Source of the DNA: Vicugna vicugna
Lineage: Eukaryota
Assembly (NCBI GenBank): GCA_013265495.1
Contig: MU060072.1
Coordinates: 2,548,356-2,612,355, forward strand
Direction of reading: 5' to 3'
DNA: 64,000 bases
Under the pieces are notes generated by a model, which did not search any database, had not been told where the DNA came from, and worked only from the letters and a program-made list of their open reading frames with translations. Numbering within the stretch: position 1 is the stretch's first letter; each line of letters opens with the position of its first letter. A program made the translations under genes and the position numbers. Below, piece by piece: positions 47,641-61,640 of the stretch.

Positions 47641-49626
47641 CTTATCACTGATACGCACGGCTGCTCTTGACCACCATGTCTGAGGACTGTTTGTTGGCGC
47701 AGCATAGCCTACCTGATCCTGGCTAGGATGGTATTTCACCTTTAGAGCAGTTTAGTCCACTTCAGCCAACACCCACTAAGCATCTACACATACCAGATTC
47801 TGGGCTAGGCACTGAACAGTCATAGAAACAGACACGGTCTGAGCTTAAAATGTAGCAGAGAATGAGTAGTTACTCTACAAAACTACAAAACTACTCTTTT
47901 ACTGTGCTCAATTCCACACCAAAAACAAAACCTAGAAACAGATGTCCAAGAGGCATAGTTCCTATAAAGTTCTTGGGTTTCACTGGTATCTGTCGTACCA
48001 GTTTACTCTTCCCAAAATGTAAACGTCTAGAAGCACCTACGCCTCCCTTCTGTGAAACAGCGTTTATACCACATATGTGTCTAATAAATGTGCTTGCTAA
48101 ATGTTTAATGATAAGAACCTAAACAACTCCTCTTGCTACAGTAATATAACAGCTAATAGGCCACTGGCGGATGAAGCAGTAAAAAGAAGTACAGAATTGA
48201 GTCAACTAAATCCATAGGTCTCATTACCATGAAGGGGATAAAATATTCTATACCAAAACCAATGCACAAACGCTGCCAAAAGTCACAGCCAAATACGCAG
48301 ATTGAACACAAAGAACAGCTGCGGTGAAAATTTTATGCTCTTTATTACACAACTTCTCCAAGGACCTGATTTTAAATTCAGTCACTGATTTCCTCATTTG
48401 TCAGCATGGATTGCCACAGCCGACCACAGAACCTCATTGATAAATGGGACTTTTGCTATTAAAAATTATTCACTAAAGCCATAGTTTCCAGTGTAATAAA
48501 AAATATATTGACATTGCAATGTGAAAAGTCTATGGCTTGTGCATGAGCATTATTGCCTAAGCAGTTGTAACAGAAGGGACTTAGTTCTGTCTTGGGTGTA
48601 GGATTGTACACAGAAGTAAGTGTATGGGATTTTTAAGGTTCCATGGTGCCCTGGAGCAGTATTTTACTAAATGAAGCCCCTTCAGAGGGCTGAAATGGTT
48701 AACCATCTTGCTCAGCTCTGGAGGGATTGAAGAGGTAGCTCACTGTTTGGAAAGTATGGGCTACAATTTAGTCTCCCTTTTCCAAATAAGTCAAAATACA
48801 ACTCATTTGAACATGGACCGGTGGCCAATCAAGTCTCTGTGGCCCAAACTAATGATGTCCCAACCTAACACATAAGTAACTTCCATCTCAGGGACTATCG
48901 CAAGCCTATTGAACTAGGCTGTTTGGGTCCTTCAGGAAAGACACATCTTACACTAGAGTATGAATAGTATCACTAGAGACAAGGATGAGGCTAGAAATTT
49001 CAGGCAAGAAAGCACCTTTTTGAGAAATGTAAAACCTTCTTAGGTTAATTGTATATGAGTGAACCTCATCTGTAAGAACCCTGTGTGTTGAAATTAGAGC
49101 CTGCCTCAAAAATCGTGTGCCTTTTTATCTGTGATGTGCAAATTAAACATTTTCATATTCGCAATTTAAGCTTTTAGTTAATTCATCATTTCCAGTCTGA
49201 TGAGGGTCCCATGCATCTAGGCCTTCTAAAGGTCAGGTCTGATTAGGTGGGTGCAGCATGAGATAAACGTGAGGACTCTGGCATTCTTGCCTTCAGTATT
49301 TACTGCCTGCTCTTTCTTCAGGAACCGTCTGCACCAGTTACTTGTGTCTTCCTCATATTTTTATATTATTGTTCAATCTGCCACATTGTGATATATAAGA
49401 CCTCATTAACTAGAAATAAGGCAAAACTGCCTTCCTACTGCTTTTATGTTTTTTCTCCTTTAAGCAATGGTATTTTTCTAAACTATAGAATTGTTTACAT
49501 AAGTTAAAAACACAGGATGTAAGTATATGACATATATACATACTCATGGGATGATGCATTCCACAAGCATGCATCAAAAATTATACTTATTGTGTAAAAA
49601 TAAGTATGTATACACAACCACCCACC

Positions 49627-49658
49627 CACACACAAACACACACACACACACACACACA
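49627..49658 (+). repeat. (CA)n microsatellite, interrupted
   Basis: Directly visible. Confidence 0.95.
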
Positions 49659-49762
49659 ACTACAAATGCATAATGTAAATTTCCAGCTAGATAAACTGGT
49701 TATTAAATTGACCCATCAACTTACAAACTAGTACACGCATGCCACAGAGAATGTCTACCTAA

Positions 49763-50270
49763 TGTCTGTTAGGTAGGCAGCCTAAGCTAAAATTCATTCT
49801 CCCATCCTGCTTAACTAATAAAGCCCCAATTTCATTTGGAGCATCAGTGTGCCCAGTTGAGGCTACATCTCACAGCTTCCCTTGCAGCTACGTATGAAGA
49901 GGTAAATTCTGGCCAATGAAATGCAAGCAGAAGTCATTGCCTGGGATGTCCAAGAAACTCCCTAAAAGATGACACCAGACCAGAACTCACCCCCTTTTAT
50001 TGCCCTTGCCCTTGCTCTTCCTGCCTGAAACATGGAAATAACAACTGGAGATTTAGCAACTCTCTTTCATCTTGAAGAGGAAAGCCCCATACATTACAAA
50101 TGAAAGAACAGAAAGACCTGGGTCCCTAATAAATTTTTGGAACTACCATGCCAGTGTTAAAGGGCTGTTTCTGGTCTTCATTCATAAAGAGAAAAATTCC
50201 ACGCCTGATTTGTTTATTCGCTACTTAATTCAATATTGTATAAAGTCAACTAAAAATCCAAATAGTCATT
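49763..50270 (+). mobile_element. MaLR LTR (MLT1J-like)
   Basis: ctcacagcttcccttgcagcta...ttctggccaatgaaatgcaagcagaagtc...gaaagacctgggtccct. Confidence 0.8.
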
Positions 50271-52490
50271 TGTGAGCCTGTTAATGGTGAATAAATGAAT
50301 ATAATTCAGATTTTACCTTAATAAAAGTTGATTTATTTTTCACTATTTATCATTAAAAAGAAGATCAAGATCTTTCAGACCCCGTAATTTGGAAGGATTT
50401 TATCTGGCAAAACTATCCAAGTCCAGGGTTAATGAGGTTCATGTTGATGAGAATTGAACTCTAGCTGTTAAGTAAATAATAACACCAGTAGTAATTTAGA
50501 GCTTTTCACCCCTAAAATTTGCAGCAAATTGCAAATATCCCTAAGGGGTAGGTAAAATTACTGACATAATTTTATTGACAGAGAAACTGAGTCATCAAGT
50601 CATAAAATAGCCTGGAGTCTTATTTAGTAAATAAGCAACATCAGTTGAGGGAGATTGCAGTTAGCTTCTAAAGGCCATCAAAGAGGATTCTTTAAGCATC
50701 AGCATTTAATAAAAAGTTTAAAATGCACCCTCCCCGTCCTCATCATCATCCAAAACAAAGTGTGTGTGCATGTGTTTTTGAAGCAGGCAGCCAAGGTTTC
50801 GTGGTTCTTAGAACCAGTGATGGCCTCAAATGCAAAGATCCTGTCGGAGGTCTTTTTATCATTTCTTGTCCCCTTAAACTAGCATAGGGCTGGGCACACG
50901 AGAGGTGCCCAGTGAGTGTCTACTGAAGGAGTAACTATATTATGAAATAGTTCTGGGCCACGCTACTCCTGAAATTCAACATTCACTTTGAATCCAGGCT
51001 ATTTCTATGTTAGGAGAAGCCCTTCTTATTCTCTTTGCGTCCCCCACCCCCACGTTGTCCCCCTGCCCCAAGGCTGACACGGCATTCTCCTGAGTCCCTT
51101 GCCACTCTGCATTCAAGCCACCTCTGAAAATCCATCTTCCCTCTTGATTCATTTCTCAACATGAACAAGGAAACGGTTTGATGATGGACTAATAATTGAC
51201 AGTTATGATATCTGATGTTGTATAAAAGGTTTGATTTCATGGCTGCATCACTGTTTATAAAGCATCATATATCGAAAAAGAAAGAAAAAAAATTATGTCC
51301 TGAGTAATGTCCTTGCTGGAATACTTTCTTCCTGGAGGAGAGCTGTACCGCCCACAGAGACGGATGGGCCACTTTTAAATTAGTAAGAGCTGGAATGTCT
51401 CTTCTCCCCTTAAAGGCTGTTGTTATGAATGGTCAGCATGCAGCCAATCTCTTCTTTGACCCTGCCCTCCAGGCCATCTTAGCTACTTGTCTTAAACTTG
51501 AGCCCTTTGACAGGGTGTTTGATGGAGGTGGCCCTGAGGCAGAAGGCTGGTTTTATTGAATCAAAATGCTATAGCTTCGCTGAAGACCTTTCATCCAACC
51601 ACTGCTGAAGGCCTTTGAGGCCCTTGTTTACAGCAGGTGGATGAAGTGAACTTCCCATGGTCACTTAACAAGTCAAGGGCCAGGCAGGGCATTCCATAAT
51701 CAAGTCCAATGGCCGTGAAACCTCCATTTGTGCCGTTTGTCATGCACACTTGGTGTTTCTCAAATGGCAGTCAGGAATTATCCATCCAAAGAAGTTTCTG
51801 GAAAAACAGGGGCTCAGAGGAGCACAGCTGTGGGAGAAAAATGAATCTTTGCCCAGAGACATAGGCTTAAGATCTGATTCCAACTTTGCTAAATGAAGAC
51901 AAAAACCATCTTAATAAACATTCTTTCCCGTTTTCAGTCTCCTTTGGAAGTCATGATATTCTTGTACCTCTCAGTCTAGTCTCAGGTAAATTAAAGTGTA
52001 ACATCTAGTCAAAGGAGGCCTTCCTTTCCCTGACATGAAAACCTAGACCCCCGAGTTGAACTCTCACCAACATTCAAAATCTGTCCTTTCCCCACAACTT
52101 CCATCTCCCGTCCACAAGGCACCCAGAAATGTCAGCTAGACAGGAACGATTAAAATCCTCGTGGAGACTATTCACTTTATTTCCAAGATAGAAGTTATTT
52201 TTGCACAAAAGGGAGGGGGAGAAGACAGAGGAAAGGTTATTTACAGAAATTAGCTGCAGAGAGAAAAAAAAATGGGACTCTAAATGGAGAGATTATCAAC
52301 GTAGAAAGATGTGTTAGAGTCTAATAAGAAACACATGCCTCATGCAGTATATCTGAATATAACCATTAGCAGCATGGAAGAGAGGCTGTTTACTGTATTA
52401 AAGCTACCTTTACTGGTTGTACAGAAACAAAAAAGGATTGTGTTGGGGCCATCACACTCCCATCTTTTCAATTACGGAGATAGAACNNNN

Positions 52491-52765
52491 NNNNNNNNNN
52501 NNNNNNNNNNNNNNNNNNNNNNNNNNNNNNNNNNNNNNNNNNNNNNNNNNNNNNNNNNNNNNNNNNNNNNNNNNNNNNNNNNNNNNNNNNNNNNNNNNNN
52601 NNNNNNNNNNNNNNNNNNNNNNNNNNNNNNNNNNNNNNNNNNNNNNNNNNNNNNNNNNNNNNNNNNNNNNNNNNNNNNNNNNNNNNNNNNNNNNNNNNNN
52701 NNNNNNNNNNNNNNNNNNNNNNTTTTTTCCATATGAATGTTTCGAAGTCGAGTACATCATCTGGT
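52491..52765 (-). CDS. Inferred internal exon, 5' 43 nt visible
   Basis: Acceptor ttttttccccttcttctgtacaacactgtttatcag|ACCAGATGATGTAC... (AG at 52767-52766); mask 52487-52722; downstream flank N|gttctatc fits GTRA|GT. Visible part is open as xQMMYSTSKHSYGK or xPDDVLDFETFIWKK. Confidence 0.55.
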
Positions 52766-53339
52766 CTGATAAACAGTGTTGTACAGAAGAAGGGGAAAAA
52801 AGCTGAAATTGGTTGCTGTTTGTTTCTGGTGCCTTTTAAACCAGAGACTCTTCATGTCCAGCTTAACTGAACTCTGTAATGTTCAGATGCTTTCACTTTA
52901 AAAGCAAATGTCAGAAAGGGCTGAAATGTACAAGTGAAATGCTTTCTGCGGTGGAGATGGTCCCAATAAGAAATGTACACAGGGAATATGAATCAGTTTT
53001 AGTGGCAGACCCTGAAAGGGGACACCCTTCCCCAGGCCCCCACTCCAACTCCCTTGAAATGTAAGGAGAATCGGAAAGACAAGTCTCTGTTCTGGAAGAT
53101 TCAGTCAACCAGAGGACAAAGCTGATGAATCTGGGGTGACTGAGAGAGCATGAAGTAAATTGCTCACTCAGTGTAAGGGTATTTTGATCTAGAAACACTT
53201 GCTGGTTACCAACTTTTGTTGCAATGGGACAGTCTTTTGGAGGGGAACTTTATATATTTTGTTGGACTTCTAGTGAATGCTGAAGTATAGACAATGCCAA
53301 GAATGGGCTTCCAAACACATTATAGCTCACTGAAGGACA

Positions 53340-53590
53340 GAGCACTCATAACAGCTACTACTTAGAGTCCTATCTGTGACCCCAGGCACTGTTGCGAGCA
53401 CTTTGCATAATTATTTCATTTAATCCTCACCAGCAGCCCTGTGAGAAAGGTCTCAGTCTGATCTCCAGAAGGCGATGTAGACACCGAGAGGTTAAGTTCT
53501 AGTCCAACTTGCACAGCAAGAATATGGCTGAGCTGGGATTCGAGCCCATGTGGTCTGACTTCAGAGTCTGTACTTGGCAACCATCTCTCC
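53340..53590 (-). mobile_element. MIR SINE
   Basis: ttcatttaatcctcaccagcagccctgtgag...gagctgggattcgagcccatgtggtctgacttcagag. Confidence 0.85.
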
Positions 53591-54096
53591 ACCAGATTTG
53601 CAAATTCAACCCTCCAGGGCTCAGCAATGTTTTAAGTGTTCCAAGTGGATGACCATATGATTCATCGACCAAATCAGGAAACTTTTGAGAGCGAAAAAGG
53701 ATTCTATTAATAATTGTGCCAAAACAGAAACAAACTGGAACTGTCCTTGGCAAACAGGAGAGCATGGCCTTCTTAATTTATAAAGAAGGTGTACATGTTA
53801 CACAGAGAGTTTGAGTGATAAAGGAAGACTTTAGCAAAAGTAATATTTTATTGGCTTTTGAGAAAGGGTAGAGAGGGATAGTGAGCTGAGCCACTAATTC
53901 AAGGAAATATGAAGCCCCTGCTCTATGTCCAGCACTGTGCCAGGTGCTAAGATTATGGCTGAGAATAAGTCAGACAAGGTCATTGCCCTCTTGAGGTTTA
54001 CCCTCCAGTAGGTTGTTGTGAGGCTCAAAATCAATTAAATGAGATAATATACCCAAGAATGGTTGTTGGAGGGCATGCTAAAGTGGAATACGTATC

Positions 54097-54323
54097 CAGT
54101 AGACCCTTGAACAACATGGGTTTGAACTGTGCAGGTCCACTCATATGTAGATTGTTTTCAATAAATACATACAGTACTACACCATCTGAACTTGGTTGAA
54201 TCCACAGATACAGAACTGAGTATACAGAGGGCCAAATGTCAAGTTCTACTCGGATTTTCAACTGCACGGGAAAGGGTGAGGGAGTCAGAGCCCCTAACTT
54301 CTACGCTGTTCAAGTATCAACTG
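54097..54323 (+). mobile_element. Tigger2-derived MITE (MER8-like)
   Basis: Terminal inverted repeats cagtagacccttgaacaac / gctgttcaagtatcaactg; about 227 bp. Confidence 0.85.
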
Positions 54324-54339
54324 TGCACCAAGCTATCAC

Positions 54340-54590
54340 TAAGAAGCAGGGTGTTAAGGTGGAAAGAACAAGAGTTTGGGAGTAAAATAGACCTGGATTC
54401 TAATTTGGCCTTTACCACTTACTGTCTGTATGACTGTGGGCACATCAGTTAACCACTCTGAGACTCCATTTCTTGATCTATAAAATGTAAATAATAATAT
54501 CTTCATTGCAAAGTGGTCGTTAAGAGCCGTGGATAATGTATGTTGCATGCCTCCCACAATGTTGGCCACTGCTTAAAACATGGTAGCCAC
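54340..54590 (+). mobile_element. MIR SINE
   Basis: gacctggattctaatttggcc...actctgagactccatttcttgatctataaaatg. Confidence 0.75.
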
Positions 54591-54966
54591 CATCATTATT
54601 GGGATGTCTGGGTCCTTGTACCCTGGGTAGATTCAAAATGCACCAAGTATGTGGAATGTAAAGCCTATTTAGTTGGCTGAATTTGTACCACATTTGAAGC
54701 TGGCCTGAAGGAGATGAGCATAGTGAAATGAGGGATACGTCCTCAACCCGTGGAGGAAATCTGAGTGATACAAAAATGGAGGAGTAGTCAGTATCCGTCA
54801 GTTAAGAGAACAGAGTCCACAAGAGCAGACGGCCAAGAAGTGAACGAGGTCAGTGTGCTCTTGGGTTCTTGGCTGGGTCATAGACTTACCCCAAGACTTT
54901 GGTCAACATGGTGAACATCCATATTCTAGCTCCCTTATCTGCAAATTCTGAGTGATGATCTAGGCC

Positions 54967-55090
54967 AGAAGATGGCAAACTTCTTCTAAAAAGGGCTTGA
55001 TAGTAAACAGTTCAGGCTTTGCAGGCTATAGTCTCTGTTGCAACCACTCAAATGTTATTGTAGCCCCAAAGTAGTCAAAGGCAGTAAACT
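54967..55090 (+). mobile_element. MER58A-type fragment
   Basis: gatggcaaacttcttctaaaagggcttgatagtaaac...gtctctgttgcaaccactcaa. Confidence 0.7.
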
Positions 55091-55181
55091 TAGGACCTGG
55101 CTGCAGGACCGCTAAAAACTAGGACTCTGTTTTATCCTCATTATCACCCCAACATCCAACTCCGTGCTTACTGAGACTCAT

Positions 55182-55238
55182 TGAATGAATGAATGATTGA
55201 ATGAATGAATGATTGAATGAATGAGTGAATAAATGAAT
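55182..55238 (+). repeat. (TGAA)n tail of an L2 3' end
   Basis: Visible repeat preceded by an L2-like terminus. Confidence 0.85.
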
Positions 55239-55829
55239 AATAAAGCAACGTTGAAGCTTTATTAATGTAGTAACACTATTTTGAGGAGTGGCTGGTATTT
55301 TGAGGTTAATGATGGAGTAAAGGGAATAAGAGAAGAGTCAGCAGGACTCAGCGCAAGCAATAAAAAGGTGAGTATGAGCCAAGCTGCAGGGAGTGGGAAT
55401 GTTTTTGAGGAGAGATGCAATAGGATCAGATCAGTAATTAGGAAAGAATACTCTTAGATATTTATTACAGGAGGGAACAAGCTTAAAGACAGGGAGACTA
55501 TTAACCCAGGTAAAAAGGAACAGAACCTAAACCAAGACAGTGGCAGTGATGTAGAAGAGTACAGAATCAAAACATTTTAGAATTAGAATTGACAGGATTT
55601 ATCTTAGACAATCAGGAGGAAGTTTAGACTGCAGATGCCCTGGGGTTTTAAGTGTTAGCATTTAGGAGGCCAATGATGATATTAACCAGAGAAAGCCATG
55701 GGGTGGAGGTGATAACCTAGTGACCACGTTAAATTTGACATGTCAAAATCTAGGACACACTTGTTGATCAGCAATAAATTCTCCTAAGTGTCACCCTCCA
55801 GTTCTCCAGCTTAGCTACCATCTCCCAAC

Positions 55830-56560
55830 AGAAGAAAAATAATTTCCAAAGTCTTGGTCAAACACGCTGATGAAATCAATATTCACGCTACCTACAGCAC
55901 GTCCTGCTTTATCAGTCTAATAGTTCACTGGAAAAGAAGTGACATTAGCTTGGCTTCTTTTTCATTGACTTTAGTGATCTTTCTTTTTCTCATGTTCAGT
56001 AGCCAGCTATTTAATTCTCTTGAATTTTACTAGAATTTTTCTGAAGATTGATAGAATAGTCACTGATTTGTGGGTTTTCCAAAATCCATTTAATTCTTTT
56101 TTTTTTAATTAAGTCATCTATAGATCTCCAGTCCTCTGGCCTGGCTCCCTGTCTCTGGGATATGCACACAACCACTCACAGTGGTCCTGTGGTGTATATT
56201 CAAGTCCCTGCAGTACCGTGGGGTGGCTCAGTGTCTGGGTGACATCTATGACTCACCCCAACTTTGAAACCACTGAGCACCCAGTTTCAGTTTGAAGGTC
56301 ATTGCCTCTGATGACAAAAAATAAATAGAAATGAGAGGATTGGCTTCCTATTGCCCATCACCTGCCCCAAGCAATTAAGTCTATCCTTTCATCATTATCC
56401 ATATGCAAATTAGGAGGTTGGCCCTGACTTCAAATTCTATTGCTTTTCCCTTTTAAGAACCACCTCCTTCTCCCAACTGAGGCTCACTGGTCACAGTGAG
56501 CTATAGCTTCTGGTTGCTGTAGCATCCATGCTGTGACCCACAGAGTTGTGCCCAACAGCT
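55830..56560 (-). mobile_element. L3/CR1 LINE RT-region fragment
   Basis: ggtcaaacacgctgatgaaatc...ctagaattttctgaagattga...ctccagtcctctggc...caagtccctgcagtacc resembles reverse CR1 ORF2; probably resumes at about 57084-57180. Confidence 0.65.
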
Positions 56561-56571
56561 GTGACTATGGC

Positions 56572-57078
56572 TGTGGTGACAAACAAATGGCCCCCTCAAA
56601 GATGTCTATATCCTAAGGCCCAGAACCTGTGAATATGTTTGGTTACAAGGCAAAGGGAACTGAATGCTTCAGAGGGAATTAAGTTTGCTAATCAGCTAAC
56701 CTTAAAAGAGGGAGATTATCTTGGATAATCTCAGTGTGGCTAATCACTCATCACAGTGAAAGAGGGACTCAGGAATTCGGAAGAGAGAATGAGAGAAATG
56801 GCAGTATGAGAATGACTCAGCTGGATGTTACCAGATTCGAAGATAAGAGGGCCACAAACCAAGGAATGCAGACAGCCTCTAGAAACTTGAAATGGCAAGG
56901 GAAAAATGTCTTAGCTAGAGCCTTCAGAAGGAACACAGTCCTGCCAAAACCTTGACTTCAGCCCTGTGAGACCCATTTCAGACTTACGGCCTCCAAAATT
57001 TTAAGATAATAAATTTGTGTTGTTCTAAGCCATCAGGTTTACAGTAATAATGTACAGCAACAATAGGAAACTAATACA
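56572..57078 (+). mobile_element. MLT1D-like MaLR solo LTR with 5-bp TSD
   Basis: tgtggt...aaagatgtctatatcct...caataggaaactaataca; flanks atggc (56567-56571) and atagc (57079-57083). Confidence 0.9.
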
Positions 57079-59689
57079 ATAGCAACTGCTGAATGGTTTT
57101 CAGGTTTCTGCCATCATTTGTCTACACTTTATCTAATCAAAAGCTGCTTTCAAGCACCGTCTTACTCATTTTTCCATAATGTAAAACAAACAGTTCAGTG
57201 ACTTACACATAGTAGGTGCTTAAAATTTTTTTGGCTTTTTCTTTGAAAAAATAGATATAAAAGAAATACAAAACAAAAGAGATCTTACACCAAATGTTAG
57301 CAGTAGTTATCCTACTGGTGATACTCTGTGGGGTTTTTATTTTCTTCTGTAGCAAGGTGGAAAAAAAATATTTTCAAGATTCCTTTTAGAAAAAAGTACT
57401 GTTTTCACTGGGAACTATTTGCAGATAAGTCTTTTCGGGTGGAGAAGAGACACAGAGGGGATATACCAGCAAGCACCTCAAAATCGAAAGGACCAGTTAG
57501 TAACAGCTCTGCTGCAGCCAGCTGCTGGGTCCTGCATCGATGGCTTCCCTATTCCCCATCCTTGTAAACGGTCCCTCTGCTAAATCCTGCTCAAATTAGT
57601 TTAACTTATGTGTGTCTTCTGTTTCCTCTTGGGAGTCTGACTGGCACAATGACCTAGGACACACATACACACACACACACACTTGAAACAAAAATTTCAA
57701 GACTTTCTATCTGGTCATGCCCTACCTGCTTCACAAAATTATCAAAATTTCATGATCTCATTTTGAAATACCCATTTTAGACTACATCGATGGCATGAAA
57801 CACAGAAAAATAAAAACTAGCTATGTGTGTTCTGTATTGGGAAAAAAAAAAGAAGAAAAGAATATTGGGGCATAGGAAAGAGAAAAAGGGGAGGGGTAGA
57901 GAAGGATAAAGAAAATGCCAAGGAATATGGCAAGGCTGTCAACTGACTGTTAAGAATAGGCATGTCTAATACTCAATTCGATGTGATTTGTTTTGGTCTA
58001 TTTTTAGCCTCTTCCATCTCCCAAACCTTAAGTAAAGTTTACTATATACAAAAACACCTTGCATGCATGGATGTAGGTTTGTCTGTTGAAAAGGGGAAAG
58101 AAAATTGAGTTAGGGAACAAGAGGTTCACTTCCAGGTCTATGTAGTTAAAGTAGGAAGGCACTTCGGAGGCATCTCCATGGTCCAGAGGCAACAGTACCA
58201 TGAAAAGAGTGTCAAGTTCCCACAAGTTGGGTAGTGGGGTTTCACCCAATCTAACAAGACATTAAAGGTAGCTCCTCCCAGGTGATCTTGGATCTACTTC
58301 TTTCTTTCTGTTTACATTTTCTACAATAAATATATATTACTTTCATAAAGAAGGAAATGGTCTTTTCTAAACATTTGTTTGAACTGAATGATGTCAAAGG
58401 CACATGCTATATGCCTGCATTGTGTTAGGCACTCTTGTGAATCTGAGGCAATTCTAATATCCATCCTCAGCCTCAAGAAGTTTGTACTCTCCCCAGAAAA
58501 AGGGGAAGCAAGGAAGAAGCTGAAAACAATTCTACTTTGCTACTGGACATGGTTCAAAAAAAAAAATCAGAGAGTTAAAGAACCATTGGGAAACACAAGG
58601 CTAAAAAGAGCTTGAGTTGATAAAGGCAGATCCTCTGAGGAGCCCAGGTATAGAAGAGGAAAAGGAAGTCTTGATTTAGTACCAGCAGAGGAGCTAGTTC
58701 AGAAGATGATGTTATTGGAACCATTAATTAACGGTGCCCAGAGTCTCAGCTGACTCATGAGTCCACCCTCATGTCCAGTCTTGGCTTTTTGCACTAACCT
58801 GCCCTGCCTGTTTCAATAAATACCCAAGACAGTACCACAGCAGTGACATTCCCTGCTTCATCCTGTAGAGAGTGGGTAGGACACAGACCCTTGCTCCAGA
58901 GTCCCAACACCCAAGTTCCCTGCCTTTCCCCAACTAACAGGAAGTACAACTAATTCATCAGGAGGAAAGGGGAAAAGAAGCAGCTTTGAAAGCATGTCTT
59001 CTCTAAGGTACATTTAAATCAGGTTAACTTTCATTTAGTTTGCTAGGTTTAGGGTCATATTCTCTTGCCTTAGTTTTTAAATTTATGCAGCAAATGTTTT
59101 TGATTTATGTAGTATGGAGGGATTAATTACACTCTTTACCACAGTAGACCATATGGAATTTATTTGTCTTCTATTTGCCATAGAGCTCATCTCAGAAAAA
59201 CTGATCGTGCTAGTCAGAGGCTGCTTGAGCTGGACAGATAACGGTTTGCAAGCTGTGTCCAAAGACCTCGGGTTCTACCAACCTGTCTCAGGGGTCAAGT
59301 GTGAGAGTGAGAAGAAGGGCTGTAGACCTCCCACCTCTTTCTAAATGGAGCTATTTGAGGTTCTGCATAAGACTTCATTCGAAGTGAACAAGGAGAGGCT
59401 TTTCTGCTGCTTAGAAAAAATGTAAACCGCTGATTCTCATTCTATTTGGTCATTTCACAGATGGGTAAAAGGGGCCCTAAGAAGATGGGAGACTTACCCA
59501 GGATCATCCAGGTAATAATTAATGGAATAGGAGTGAAATCTCAAAAGGGATTGATACAAATAGAGAAAAATCACAGTCATATCAGTGATTTATTTCAACC
59601 TCTCAGCATGAGGTATCAGAAAATGGAAAAGGCTTAGATGAGTTAAGGAGTTAGCATATTAAAGGAAAAGAAGGCCCAGCAGTCCTGGT

Positions 59690-60690
59690 TTCACCCATTT
59701 ATCCAACAAATATTACTGAGAACTTTCTATATACAAGGTGCCATGCCAACCACTGAGGAAGAACAGCATTCAAGATAGAAAAGGATGCTTTCAAGAAGTC
59801 CACACTCCAATGTGGAAGGAAATATAAATAAACAAAATAATTACAGATGCAATACACACCATGAAGGTAATAAAGAAGATGAAGTAGAAAGTGACTTTAC
59901 AGATTGGTGAGGAAAGGTCACTTTAAGAAGGTGATATCTGAATTTAAGCAGAAGAAAAAGAAGGAGGCAGTAATGCAAAAAGGGTAGGGACAGCATTCCA
60001 GATAAACAGAAATCTACATGAAAAATCCCAGAAGCAGGAAAGATTGGAACCCATTCAAGAAACATAAAAGGGGACAGTGTAGATGGAAACTGGTGGAGAC
60101 AGTGGCCACATGAGGTTGGTGAGGTAGACAGAAACCAAATCACACGTGGCCATGTGGACCATGGTAAAAATCTCAGATTTTATTGTAAGAGCAAAGAACC
60201 TAAATCACTGAAGAGTTTTTAGACAGAGAGTCACATAATCTGATTCATATATGAAGAATATTCTGGTTGGTGGAGGATACAGGGTAAATGCAAGGAAGAC
60301 CAATATTCAGAGGCTATTGCATTAGTCAAAGAAAGAGATAATGGTGGTAAACATGGTAATATTAGAGATAAAGAGAAGTGTGTGAATTCAAATGATATGT
60401 TGCATATAAAGACAGTAAGATATGCTGATGAACTGAACAGGGAGAAGTAGTGAGGAAAAGTGTATCAAGAGTGGCTCCCAGCTGAACATCAAGGAGGATG
60501 GTATTCCATTTACTGAGCATGAAGGGAAGGATATTTTGCATAGAGAAACCAAAATATTCATTTCAGGTGCACTGTGTTTGCGATATCCACTGGACAGCCA
60601 AATGGAGATGATGAGTAGGACACTGGCTATATACGTACAGAGCTCAAGAGAGTGTTCAGCGGTGACGTTGAAAATGTGGCATCTGTAACT
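59690..60690 (-). mobile_element. L2 (about 1 kb 3' portion)
   Basis: cacccatttatccaacaaatattactgag start followed by a continuous L2a-like reverse body. Confidence 0.85.
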
Positions 60691-60734
60691 TGGAGATGGT
60701 ATCTGAAAACTTGGAGTTGGAGAGATCCACTTCC

Positions 60735-61640
60735 AGTATGGCTGAAAATGCACCCATCAGACTGACCATCCCAATGATAACAACTGTAAACTCTGAGCAA
60801 AATACCAAAAACAAACTAATGAGGCCCTGAAAAGTAAACAAATGCAGGCAGATTCTAGAAAGGAACTGATATTTGGAAAAAGATATTGTTATATGAGTTT
60901 TCCATTTGTATGGTTTTTAGCTTATTTGGTGGGGAGGGGACCTGTCTTTTTGGCCAGAAGAATCCTAGGACAGCAAATCTCTGTGACCTTGAACCACAAC
61001 TGATGGAGCCAACTGAAAGATGCTCAGCTAAAGATAAAATATCTGAACTGAGATTTCAGCTGCTGCCACCCAAGAAATAGAATTTTCTGTCTATGTTCAA
61101 CCAAATTAATTGCCTACTAAAACAAAAAATATCAGCTCTTTGAAGACTGTAACAGAATCCAGGATCTCCATAACATAAAATCTGCAATGTTTGGGATACA
61201 GTCTAAAATTACTCAATATACAAAAAACTAGGCAAGTGTGACCATATTAAAAGAAAGACAATCCATGGAGATCAACCACAAGATGACCCAGATGTTAGAA
61301 GTAACAGACTATGGTTTTAGAGCAACTAATAGAAACTTGACCGATGAGGTAAAAGAAAACACATTTCTAATGAATGAGTAGATAGGAATCTCACAAAGAA
61401 AAATAAATACTACCAAAAAATCAAATGAAATTTCTAGAACTAAAAATAGAATATCTGAAATTCCTTATTAAAAAAAAATCACTGGATGGGCTTAACAGTC
61501 CAGAAGAATGATTCAATGAGCTTGAACATAGATCAATAGGTAATACACAATCTGAAGAACTGAGGAAAAAATTTTTAATGAACAGAGCCTCAGTGGGACA
61601 ATATCCAAAGGTCTAACATATGTATAATTAGAAATATTAA
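60735..61640 (+). mobile_element. Ancient L1 (L1MC/ME-type) 5'/ORF1 remnant
   Basis: gagatcaaccacaagatgacccagatgttagaagtaacagac...agaatgattcaatgagcttgaacatagatcaatag resembles decayed ORF1. Confidence 0.65.

Noticed and set aside
54884-54950. Minus-strand exon ending ttggg|gtaagt
   Set aside because: The donor is good, but the upstream acceptor has no real pyrimidine tract and abuts a MER58A.
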